64,000 bases of DNA, taken from an uncultured Alphaproteobacteria bacterium (GTDB lineage: Bacteria > Pseudomonadota > Alphaproteobacteria > Rhizobiales > Xanthobacteraceae). Both the position numbers and the translations under genes were made by a program. Location: contig CAWJDY010000043.1 of NCBI GenBank assembly GCA_963841705.1, positions 41,163 to 105,162 of the forward strand, read 5' to 3'. The notes under the pieces are model-generated. The model ran no database searches. It was not told the DNA's origin and saw only the letters and a program-made list of their open reading frames with translations. Positions 30,222 through 34,112 of the stretch are shown piece after piece (positions within the stretch are counted from its first letter, which is position 1; every line of letters begins with the position of its first letter).

Positions 30222-30467
30222 ATGCGCATCTACATATTCAAGTCAGAGTCGAGGAGGGAGCTGCGTGCATTCGCAGGCGATATAAGCGGGGACAAACTCC
30301 CGAAAAACCACGGTCCCTGGACGGCCACTGGCGTGATCGGAGCAGAGAAAGCACCTCCCCATAATCTCTCGCGTGAAGTGATCGAAGAAGCAATCCAAAC
30401 TGAGGGATTTCAGCTCTGGCGCCTGCAGAAAAAAGCAAAGAAGGAAAAGCTCCAGTCTGCGCCATAG
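30222..30467 (+). CDS. hypothetical protein
   Basis: 81-aa ORF MRIYIFKSESRRELRAFAGD..., 3 nt after the previous ORF, followed by hairpin GAGCTCC-GCGCTG-GGAGCCC. Confidence 0.45.
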   Translation: MRIYIFKSESRRELRAFAGDISGDKLPKNHGPWTATGVIGAEKAPPHNLSREVIEEAIQTEGFQLWRLQKKAKKEKLQSAP

Positions 30468-30514
30468 AGCTCCGCGCTGGGAGCCCGGCGCGTCTATGAG
30501 CTACACCCTCGAAT

Positions 30515-30588
30515 TGGTACTGACGTCAGGAGTTGAACCTGAATCACCCGGTTCACAGCCGAGTACTCTGCCGTTGAGCTACATCAGC
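30515..30588 (-). tRNA. tRNA-His(GUG), alphaproteobacterial type
   Basis: 74 nt. Acceptor GCUGAUG/CGUCAGU with G1-U72, A73, encoded CCA. Anticodon arm CUCGG-CUGUGAA-CCGGG. T arm UCAGG-UUCAACU-CCUGA. Base -1 is U (no G-1). Confidence 0.85.
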
Positions 30589-30589
30589 A

Positions 30590-30664
30590 TGGTGCCTATG
30601 GGTTGAATCGAACAACCGACACGCCGCATATGAAACGGCTGCTCCACCGCTGAGCTACACAGGC
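30590..30664 (-). tRNA. tRNA-Met or tRNA-Ile2 (CAU), elongator type
   Basis: 75 nt. Acceptor GCCUGUG/CAUAGGC, A73, CCA. D arm GCUC-AGCGGUG-GAGC. Anticodon arm GCCGU-UUCAUAU-GCGGC. T arm GGUUG-UUCGAUU-CAACC. No initiator features. Confidence 0.85.
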
Positions 30665-30675
30665 GTTTTCCGCAC

Positions 30676-30749
30676 TGGCTCCCCCTCATGGATTCGAACC
30701 ACGATCCTCGCATTCAAAGTGCGATATCCTGCCGTTAGACGAAGGGGGA
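30676..30749 (-). tRNA. tRNA-Gln(UUG)
   Basis: 74 nt. Acceptor UCCCCCU/AGGGGGA (U1-A72), G73, CCA. Anticodon arm UCGCA-CUUUGAA-UGCGA. T arm CGUGG-UUCGAAU-CCAUG. Confidence 0.85.
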
Positions 30750-30751
30750 AA

Positions 30752-30828
30752 TGGTCCGACCTGCGGGATTTGAACCCGCGTCACCTCGCTTGAAAGGCGA
30801 GCATCCTGGGCCACTAGACGAAGGTCGG
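30752..30828 (-). tRNA. tRNA-Glu(UUC)
   Basis: 77 nt. Acceptor CCGACCU/AGGUCGG, A73, CCA. Glu-type D region UCGUCUAGUGGCCCAGGA. Anticodon arm CUCGC-CUUUCAA-GCGAG. T arm GCGGG-UUCAAAU-CCCGC. Confidence 0.8.
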
Positions 30829-30830
30829 TT

Positions 30831-30905
30831 TGGTGCGGGCAGTGAGAATCGAACTCACGCGTCTTGGTTGGAAGCCAAGCACGCACCCCAGTACGCCATG
30901 CCCGC
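30831..30905 (-). tRNA. tRNA-Gly(UCC)
   Basis: 75 nt. Acceptor GCGGGCA/UGCCCGC, A73, CCA. Anticodon arm CUUGG-CUUCCAA-CCAAG. T arm GUGAG-UUCGAUU-CUCAC. Confidence 0.9.
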
Positions 30906-30912
30906 ATTGATT

Positions 30913-31000
30913 TGGCGGAGAGTTGAGAGCACGATTCTCACCGGCTAACCCGGCCGATCGCTTAGCAGGCGACGCTGGGCACCCGCCCAGTTAACTCTCC
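30913..31000 (-). tRNA. tRNA with Ser anticodon GCU, tRNA-Sec/allo-tRNA-like 8/4 fold
   Basis: 88 nt. 8-bp acceptor GGAGAGUU/AACUCUCC, G73, CCA, AA linker. D arm is a 6-bp stem CUGGGC/GCCCAG with 4-nt loop GGGU. Anticodon arm GUCGC-CUGCUAA-GCGAU. Variable hairpin CCGG-GUUAG-CCGG. 4-bp T stem GAGA/UCUC, loop AUCGUGC. Confidence 0.7.
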
Positions 31001-31004
31001 AGGT

Positions 31005-31079
31005 TGGAGACCGCGACACGATTCGAACGTGCATCCTCCGATGTAGGAAATCGGCGCTCATCCTTTGAGCTACGCGGCC
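31005..31079 (-). tRNA. tRNA-Arg(CCU)
   Basis: 75 nt. Acceptor GGCCGCG/CGCGGUC, U73, CCA. D arm GCUC-AAAGGAU-GAGC. Anticodon arm CCGAU-UUCCUAC-AUCGG. T arm GCACG-UUCGAAU-CGUGU. Confidence 0.85.
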
Positions 31080-31129
31080 ATGGAAGAAAAGCTGATCAGT
31101 CCCGGTCCGGGCTCTTCCAACCGATCTGT

Positions 31130-31579
31130 TTAACGGCGCTGCCTGCGCAAAGGGTACGAACTGGACTGGCCGTCTGGACTCGCAATGACCACCACATAAC
31201 CGTCGGGGTCGCGGAGCCACATTTCTCGATGTTGAGGCCCGGGGTTGACGTGAGGTTCTTCGATGATCTCGGTCCGCAATGCGCGCGCACGCTCCACGAC
31301 GGAGTCAAAGTCGTCAACCTGGAACCAAAGTAAGACCCCGTGTCCGGGAGGCGCGGCATTCGCGTCGACCAGGTTTGCGTGATTCTCCTCGTCCCAAGCG
31401 TGGAGTTGAAGAATCAAATGACCGGACGAGGACATCCGGTCGTACACGTCACGATGACTGTGTTCGGGGAGCGAGTCTGCCCCAAGCAGTTCCGCGTACC
31501 AGCGACTGCTCGCTCTTACATTGCGCACGGCTATGAGGGGTTGAGCCTGGACGCTTGATTTCTGCACAGCGGAGCTCAT
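31130..31579 (-). CDS. VOC (glyoxalase/bleomycin-resistance/dioxygenase) family protein
   Basis: 149-aa ORF with a GGAGGAC RBS 7 nt upstream. Embedded in the tRNA array on the same strand. Confidence 0.8.
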   Translation of the reverse strand: MSSAVQKSSVQAQPLIAVRNVRASSRWYAELLGADSLPEHSHRDVYDRMSSSGHLILQLHAWDEENHANLVDANAAPPGHGVLLWFQVDDFDSVVERARALRTEIIEEPHVNPGPQHREMWLRDPDGYVVVIASPDGQSSSYPLRRQRR

Positions 31580-31658
31580 ATGTCCTCCTGCTTTTGATAG
31601 TTCGCACTGAATCTCTGCGCATCAGATAATATGGCGCCGCCTTGACGCCGAGAATGAG

Positions 31659-31734
31659 TGGAGCTCCAGGCTGGATTCGAACCAGCATGTGCCGATTTAG
31701 AAGATCGGTGCCTCTCCGCTCGAGCCACTGGAGC
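31659..31734 (-). tRNA. tRNA-Arg(UCU)
   Basis: 76 nt. Acceptor GCUCCAG/CUGGAGC, U73, CCA. Anticodon arm CCGAU-CUUCUAA-AUCGG. T arm GCUGG-UUCGAAU-CCAGC. Confidence 0.85.
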
Positions 31735-31735
31735 T

Positions 31736-31809
31736 TGGAGACCAGAGCCGGAATTGAACCGGCGTGGGCGCTTTTGCAGAGCGCTCCCTAACCACTCGGG
31801 CATCTGGTC
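31736..31809 (-). tRNA. tRNA-Cys(GCA)
   Basis: 74 nt. Acceptor GACCAGA/UCUGGUC, U73, CCA. Anticodon arm GCGCU-CUGCAAA-AGCGC. T arm GCCGG-UUCAAUU-CCGGC. Confidence 0.9.
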
Positions 31810-31812
31810 GAT

Positions 31813-31887
31813 TGGCAGCCCGTCGCGGACTTGAACCGCGGCATCCGCTTTCAGAGAGCGGCGCTCTACCAGCTGAGCTAACGGGCA
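31813..31887 (-). tRNA. tRNA-Gln(CUG)
   Basis: 75 nt. Acceptor UGCCCGU/ACGGGCU with a U1-U72 mismatch, G73, CCA. D arm GCUC-AGCUGGUA-GAGC. Anticodon arm CCGCU-CUCUGAA-AGCGG. T arm CGCGG-UUCAAGU-CCGCG. Confidence 0.75.
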
Positions 31888-31889
31888 AT

Positions 31890-31968
31890 TGGTCAGGGCG
31901 GGTGGATTCGAACCACCGGTCTCCTGCTTCCAAGGCAGGCAGGGACGGCCAGGCTCCCCTACACCCTG
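31890..31968 (-). tRNA. tRNA-Pro(UGG)
   Basis: 79 nt. Acceptor CAGGGUG/CGCCCUG (C1-G72), A73, CCA. Anticodon arm CCUGC-CUUGGAA-GCAGG. T arm GGUGG-UUCGAAU-CCACC. Confidence 0.85.
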
Positions 31969-31974
31969 ATGAAT

Positions 31975-32051
31975 TGGCGCGCACGGGAGGACTCGAACCT
32001 CCACCGCCCGGATTCGTAGTCCGGCACATTGTCCAGTTGTGCTACGTGCGC
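31975..32051 (-). tRNA. tRNA-Arg(ACG), array copy
   Basis: 77 nt. Acceptor GCGCACG/CGUGCGC, G73, CCA. Anticodon arm CCGGA-CUACGAA-UCCGG. T arm GGAGG-UUCGAGU-CCUCC. Differs from the tRNA-Arg(ACG) at 41013-41089 at 18 of 77 positions by hand alignment. Confidence 0.9.
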
Positions 32052-32055
32052 AGAT

Positions 32056-32129
32056 TGGAGCGGCCGACGGGATTTGAACCCGCGTTTCCCGGCTTGAGGG
32101 GCTAGTGTGCTGCCTTAGACGACGACCGC
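32056..32129 (-). tRNA. tRNA-like, Glu(CUC)-type, imperfect anticodon arm (possible pseudogene)
   Basis: 74 nt. Acceptor GCGGUCG/CGGCCGC, U73, CCA. T arm GCGGG-UUCAAAU-CCCGU. D region UCGUCUAAGGCAG. Anticodon arm CUAGC-CCCUCAA-GCCGG has an A-C mismatch and C at position 33. Confidence 0.45.
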
Positions 32130-32133
32130 GAAT

Positions 32134-32211
32134 TGGCTCCGGCCGGTGGATTCGAACCACCCTCATTCTCGGTTAACAGCCGAGCGCGCTCACCTAGAGT
32201 GCTAGACCGGA
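32134..32211 (-). tRNA. tRNA-Asn(GUU)
   Basis: 78 nt. Acceptor UCCGGUC/GGCCGGA (U1-A72), G73, CCA. Anticodon arm CUCGG-CUGUUAA-CCGAG. T arm GGUGG-UUCGAAU-CCACC. Confidence 0.8.
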
Positions 32212-32216
32212 AGAAT

Positions 32217-32321
32217 TGGTGGAGACAGTCGGTAACGCGTCGCAACCCGGGCCCGCCCGGGTTGCGCATCATCGACCCGCGACGATCTTGCAAGGATCAT
32301 CTGCACCCTTGTGCTGTCCCC
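32217..32321 (-). ncRNA. tRNA-like unit of unknown specificity containing a REP-type hairpin (possible pseudogene)
   Basis: 105 nt, 1-5 nt from its neighbours. 8-bp acceptor-like helix GGGGACAG/CUGUCUCC plus ACCA. Hairpins CAAGG-11nt-CCUUG and AUCGUC-GCGGGUC-GAUGAU. An 11-bp hairpin CGCAACCCGGG/CCCGGGUUGCG resembles the R2 repeat. No recognisable T arm. Confidence 0.3.
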
Positions 32322-32322
32322 G

Positions 32323-32467
32323 TGGTGCCGAGGGTTGGTTTCGAGCCAACCTCCCCGCCGAAGTCGGATGTATCCGACTTCGGCCGACTTAACACTTGGC
32401 CGAACTCGAGTATACCCGAGTTCGGCTGTCTTCAGCGCGGTGCTTTCACCAGATGAGCTTCCTCGGC
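32323..32467 (-). tRNA. tRNA-Phe(GAA)-like gene expanded/disrupted by two long hairpins (possible pseudogene)
   Basis: 145 nt. Acceptor GCCGAGG/CCUCGGC, A73, CCA. D region AAGCUCAUCUGGUGAAAGC. CCGCG-CUGAAGA is not followed by a matching 3' stem. About 75 nt with perfect hairpins CCGAACUCG/CGAGUUCGG and GCCGAAGUCGGA/UCCGACUUCGGC. T arm GUUGG-CUCGAAA-CCAAC. Confidence 0.4.
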
Positions 32468-32503
32468 ATTTAACGTTGCAGACGGGTGTAAACACCCTTT
32501 TGT

Positions 32504-32577
32504 TGGTGCGGGCGTCGGTAATCGAAACCGAGTCTCCTGAGTGGCGCTCAGGTGCTAGGCCTTCCAGCTACGTCCGC
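32504..32577 (-). tRNA. tRNA-Gly(GCC)-like, unusual anticodon loop
   Basis: 74 nt. Acceptor GCGGACG/CGCCCGC (one A-C mismatch), A73, CCA. Anticodon arm CCUGA-GCGCCAC-UCAGG (C at 33; a G32-C38 pair could reduce the loop to 5 nt). T arm UCGGU-UUCGAUU-ACCGA. Confidence 0.55.
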
Positions 32578-32601
32578 CATCAGGGCGTTTGCGCACGCTA
32601 T

Positions 32602-32692
32602 TGGTGGGAAGTGGACGGAATCGAACCTCTTGCCCGCAGGGACCGCGTTTACAGCGCGGCGACGGCACCAGCCTGTCCTTATGGCACTTCCC
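32602..32692 (-). tRNA. tRNA-Tyr(GUA), class II, non-standard D arm
   Basis: 91 nt. Acceptor GGGAAGU/ACUUCCC (an 8th G-C pair is possible), A73, CCA. Anticodon arm CCGCG-CUGUAAA-CGCGG. Variable hairpin CCC-UGC-GGG. D position occupied by GAC(A)GGC-UGGU-GCCGUC. T stem GAGG/CC(G)UC, loop UUCGAUU. Confidence 0.7.
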
Positions 32693-32697
32693 GTGTC

Positions 32698-32838
32698 TGG
32701 TTGCGGGTCCCGGGGTTGCACCGCAAGTCGGCTTTTGCCGACTTGCGGCACTTCATTTAGTGCCGGAAGTCGGGCAAGCCCGGCTTCCGGGCGATCGCGG
32801 CTTATGAGACCGCGTGGGTTCCTAACCGACCTACCCGC
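32698..32838 (-). tRNA. tRNA-Met(CAU)-like 5' half followed by three REP-type hairpins (probable pseudogene)
   Basis: 141 nt. The 5' half is good (acceptor strand GCGGGU, D arm GGU-CGGUUAGGA-ACC, anticodon arm CGCGGU-CUCAUAA-GCCGCG). Then come hairpins CCGGAAGCCGGGC/GCCCGACUUCCGG, GGCACU-AAAUGA-AGUGCC and GCAAGUCGGC-AAAA-GCCGACUUGC. No T arm; 3' end ACCCGC-AACCA. Confidence 0.35.
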
Positions 32839-32844
32839 TAAAAA

Positions 32845-32897
32845 TGGTGCGAAGGCTTTTACTCCCTCGCTTGCTGCCGGTACTTCCGCGGTCAGCA
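32845..32897 (-). ncRNA. tRNA fragment / minihelix with ACCA end
   Basis: 53 nt. Hairpin UGCUG(A)CCG..CGGCAGCA, then minihelix GCGAGGG-AGUAAAAG-CCUUCGC followed by ACCA. No cloverleaf. Confidence 0.25.
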
Positions 32898-32901
32898 GAA
32901 A

Positions 32902-32988
32902 TGGCGGATGCCTGACGTGTCGATCGCCACACCATGTGGTGCCATCCCGCTTCGAACGGGTGCCAGAGGCCGCTCTGGTTAAGCATCC
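32902..32988 (-). tRNA. tRNA with Ser anticodon CGA, tRNA-Sec/allo-tRNA-like 8/4 fold
   Basis: 87 nt. 8-bp acceptor GGAUGCUU/AGGCAUCC, G73, CCA, AA linker. D arm is a 6-bp stem CCAGAG/CUCUGG with 4-nt loop CGGC. Anticodon arm CCCG-UUCGAAG-CGGG. Variable hairpin GCACC-ACAU-GGUGU. 4-bp T stem GGCG/CGUC, loop AUCGACA. Confidence 0.7.
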
Positions 32989-32991
32989 ATG

Positions 32992-33096
32992 TGGAGGAAG
33001 GCCGCGGTCTCGATCCGCAGTGGCGAACCACCCGATCGCTTTCCAAGCAATGCCGATCGCCCGACCCCCGGACTTGATCCGGGGGTTTGACCTTCC
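32992..33096 (-). tRNA. tRNA with Ser anticodon GGA, 8/4-like fold with oversized D hairpin
   Basis: 105 nt. 8-bp acceptor GGAAGGUC/GGCCUUCC, U73, CCA, AA linker. 9-bp hairpin ACCCCCGGA-UCAAG-UCCGGGGGU. 11 extra nt. Anticodon arm AUUGC-UUGGAAA-GCGAU. Variable hairpin GUGG-UUCG-CCAC. T stem GCGG/CCGC, loop AUCGAGA. Confidence 0.5.
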
Positions 33097-33100
33097 GTAT

Positions 33101-33188
33101 TGGCGGATGGCGGAGCACTCGAAGCCCATGCCTTGCGGCACCATCGGTGTTCAAAGCCGCGCCGGCGAGCCTTGCCGGTTCACCATCC
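33101..33188 (-). tRNA. tRNA with probable Ser anticodon UGA, 8/4-like fold
   Basis: 88 nt. 8-bp acceptor GGAUGGUG/CGCCAUCC, G73, CCA, AA linker. D arm CCGGC-AAGGCUC-GCCGG. Weak anticodon arm GCGGC-UUUGAAC-ACCGA (3 central bp). Variable hairpin GUGCC-GCAA-GGCAU. 4-bp T stem GGGC/GCUC, loop UUCGAGU. Confidence 0.55.
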
Positions 33189-33192
33189 CTAT

Positions 33193-33267
33193 TGGCCTAC
33201 CGGATAGGAGTCCAACCTATGTCCTCGACGTTCGGAGGGTCGCGCTCATCCACTGAGCTACCGGTAG
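33193..33267 (-). tRNA. tRNA-Arg(CCG)
   Basis: 75 nt. Acceptor CUACCGG/CCGGUAG, G73, CCA. D arm GCUC-AGUGGAU-GAGC. Anticodon arm CGACC-CUCCGAA-CGUCG (C-C at 31-39). T arm AUAGG-UUGGACU-CCUAU (G instead of C56). Confidence 0.65.
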
Positions 33268-33276
33268 TTTGTTTGT

Positions 33277-33366
33277 TGGTCGGCGCCCCGGGTTACGATC
33301 CCGACCGTCTACAGCAGTCCGCTGCCCCGGTTTATAAGACCGAGCCGCACGCCAGTGCTGACGCCG
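33277..33366 (-). tRNA. class-II-shaped tRNA with Ile anticodon UAU
   Basis: 90 nt. Acceptor CGGCGUC/GGCGCCG, A73, CCA. D arm GCAC-UGGC-GUGC (4-nt loop). 6-bp anticodon stem CUCGGU/ACCGGG, loop CUUAUAA. Long variable region with hairpin CAGC-GGACU-GCUG. T arm UCGGG-AUCGUAA-CCCGG. Confidence 0.55.
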
Positions 33367-33406
33367 TGCAGAGAATGCGCGCGATATTCTCCTCATCGTC
33401 TGTCCT

Positions 33407-33483
33407 TGGTCGGAGTGGCTGGATTTGAACTAGCGACCTCTTCGTTCCGAACGAAGAGCGCTTCCAGGCTGCGCTACACTCCG
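33407..33483 (-). tRNA. tRNA-Pro(CGG)
   Basis: 77 nt. Acceptor CGGAGUG/CACUCCG (C1-G72), A73, CCA. D arm GCGC-AGCCUGGAA-GCGC. Anticodon arm CUUCG-UUCGGAA-CGAAG. T arm GCUAG-UUCAAAU-CCAGC (one A-C mismatch). Confidence 0.8.
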
Positions 33484-33487
33484 GAAA

Positions 33488-33562
33488 TGGCGCGCTGTAC
33501 GGGACTCGAACCCGTCTCGCTCGATAGACAGTCGAGCTGCCTCACCCGATGCATAACAGCGC
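33488..33562 (-). tRNA. tRNA-Asp(GUC)
   Basis: 75 nt. Acceptor GCGCUGU/ACAGCGC, G73, CCA. Anticodon arm CUCGA-CUGUCUA-UCGAG. T arm ACGGG-UUCGAGU-CCCGU. Confidence 0.85.
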
Positions 33563-33601
33563 AACGCAATCGTGAAGGCCGACTGCCGCGATCGACGAAA
33601 A

Positions 33602-33677
33602 TGGTGTGCCTGGCTCGTTTCGAACGAGCACTGAACGCGCTCTCAACGCGTTCCCTCTGCCATTGGGGTACAGGCAC
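33602..33677 (-). tRNA. class-I tRNA with Leu anticodon GAG (identity uncertain)
   Basis: 76 nt. Acceptor GUGCCUG/CAGGCAC, A73, CCA. D arm CCCC-AAUGGCAGA-GGG. Anticodon arm ACGCG-UUGAGAG-CGCGU. Only a 5-nt variable loop. T arm GCUCG-UUCGAAA-CGAGC. Confidence 0.75.
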
Positions 33678-33678
33678 A

Positions 33679-33765
33679 TGGAGGACCAGGCAGGAGTCGA
33701 ACCTGCGATGGGCATAGCCAGCGGATTAAGAGTCCGCCCCGTTCGGCCGCTACGGTGACTGGTCC
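33679..33765 (-). tRNA. tRNA-Lys(CUU) with enlarged variable region
   Basis: 87 nt. Acceptor GGACCAG/CUGGUCC, U73, CCA. Anticodon arm GCGGA-CUCUUAA-UCCGC. 14-nt variable region with mini-hairpin GGC-UAU-GCC. T arm GCAGG-UUCGACU-CCUGC. Confidence 0.65.
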
Positions 33766-33767
33766 CA

Positions 33768-33850
33768 TGGAGGACGCGAGTGGTTACGATCCACAGGCCG
33801 ACGGGTTAAAAGTCCGCTCCCTCTCCATTCGGGTTTAAGGCTTCGCGTCC
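33768..33850 (-). tRNA. tRNA-Lys(UUU)-like, oversized D region
   Basis: 83 nt. Acceptor GGACGCG/CGCGUCC, U73, CCA. Anticodon arm GCGGA-CUUUUAA-CCCGU (A-C at 31-39). T stem GUGG/CCAC, loop AUCGUAA. Confidence 0.55.
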
Positions 33851-33854
33851 GGAT

Positions 33855-33931
33855 TGGTGCAAGCGGGAGGTTACTCCCTCCTCCTACCACGCGGTTATCG
33901 GCCGCGGCCCTCGCTTCTCGGACTCGCTTGC
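33855..33931 (-). tRNA. tRNA-like with Ile anticodon GAU, non-canonical T and anticodon loops
   Basis: 77 nt. Acceptor GCAAGCG/CGCUUGC, A73, CCA. Anticodon arm CGCGG-CCGAUAA-CCGCG (C at 33). T stem GGAGG/CCUCC with a 9-nt loop AGGGAGUAA lacking UUC. Confidence 0.4.
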
Positions 33932-33948
33932 ATGTTTGGTCTTTTGAT

Positions 33949-34024
33949 TGGTGCTCCCTGACGGACTCGAACCGCCGAATGTCCGGGTGTAAACCAGATG
34001 CCTTTGCCGCTTGGCGAAGGGAGC
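33949..34024 (-). tRNA. tRNA-Val(UAC)
   Basis: 76 nt. Acceptor GCUCCCU/AGGGAGC, A73, CCA. Anticodon arm UCUGG-UUUACAC-CCGGA. T arm GGCGG-UUCGAGU-CCGUC. Confidence 0.9.
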
Positions 34025-34030
34025 GTTATC

Positions 34031-34110
34031 TGGTGCCCGTGATAGGATTCGAACCTACACTGTCACTTCTTTTGAGGAAGTGGCCGCTACCGGGATTGGG
34101 CTACACGGGC
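34031..34110 (-). tRNA. class-I tRNA with Leu anticodon CAA (identity uncertain)
   Basis: 80 nt. Acceptor GCCCGUG/CACGGGC, A73, CCA. D region UAGCCCAAUCCCGGUAGCGGC. Anticodon arm ACUUC-CUCAAAA-GAAGU. 5-nt variable loop. T arm GUAGG-UUCGAAU-CCUAU. Confidence 0.75.
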
Positions 34111-34112
34111 AT

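Noticed and set aside
30468-30514. Possible truncated tRNA 5' half (GAGGGUGUAGCUCAUAGAC...) just before the first clean array unit.
   Set aside because: Only an acceptor/D-arm-like string is present. The rest folds as a simple 7-bp hairpin (GGGCUCC-CAGCGC-GGAGCUC). That is better explained as the terminator-like hairpin after the + strand ORF ending at 30467. There is no T arm or 3' acceptor strand.
32323-32838. Group I or archaeal-type introns inside the oversized tRNA-like units.
   Set aside because: The insertions are only about 75-90 nt and consist of perfect palindromic hairpins shared with intergenic REP families. They are too short and lack the P3-P9 core for a group I intron. There is no bulge-helix-bulge motif at position 37/38.
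30913-33188. The 8-bp-acceptor, long-variable-arm units might be selC (tRNA-Sec).
   Set aside because: None has the UCA anticodon. The anticodons are GCU, CGA, GGA and probably UGA (all Ser). No selA/selB/selD genes are in the window. They are reported instead as Sec-like/allo-tRNA-like.
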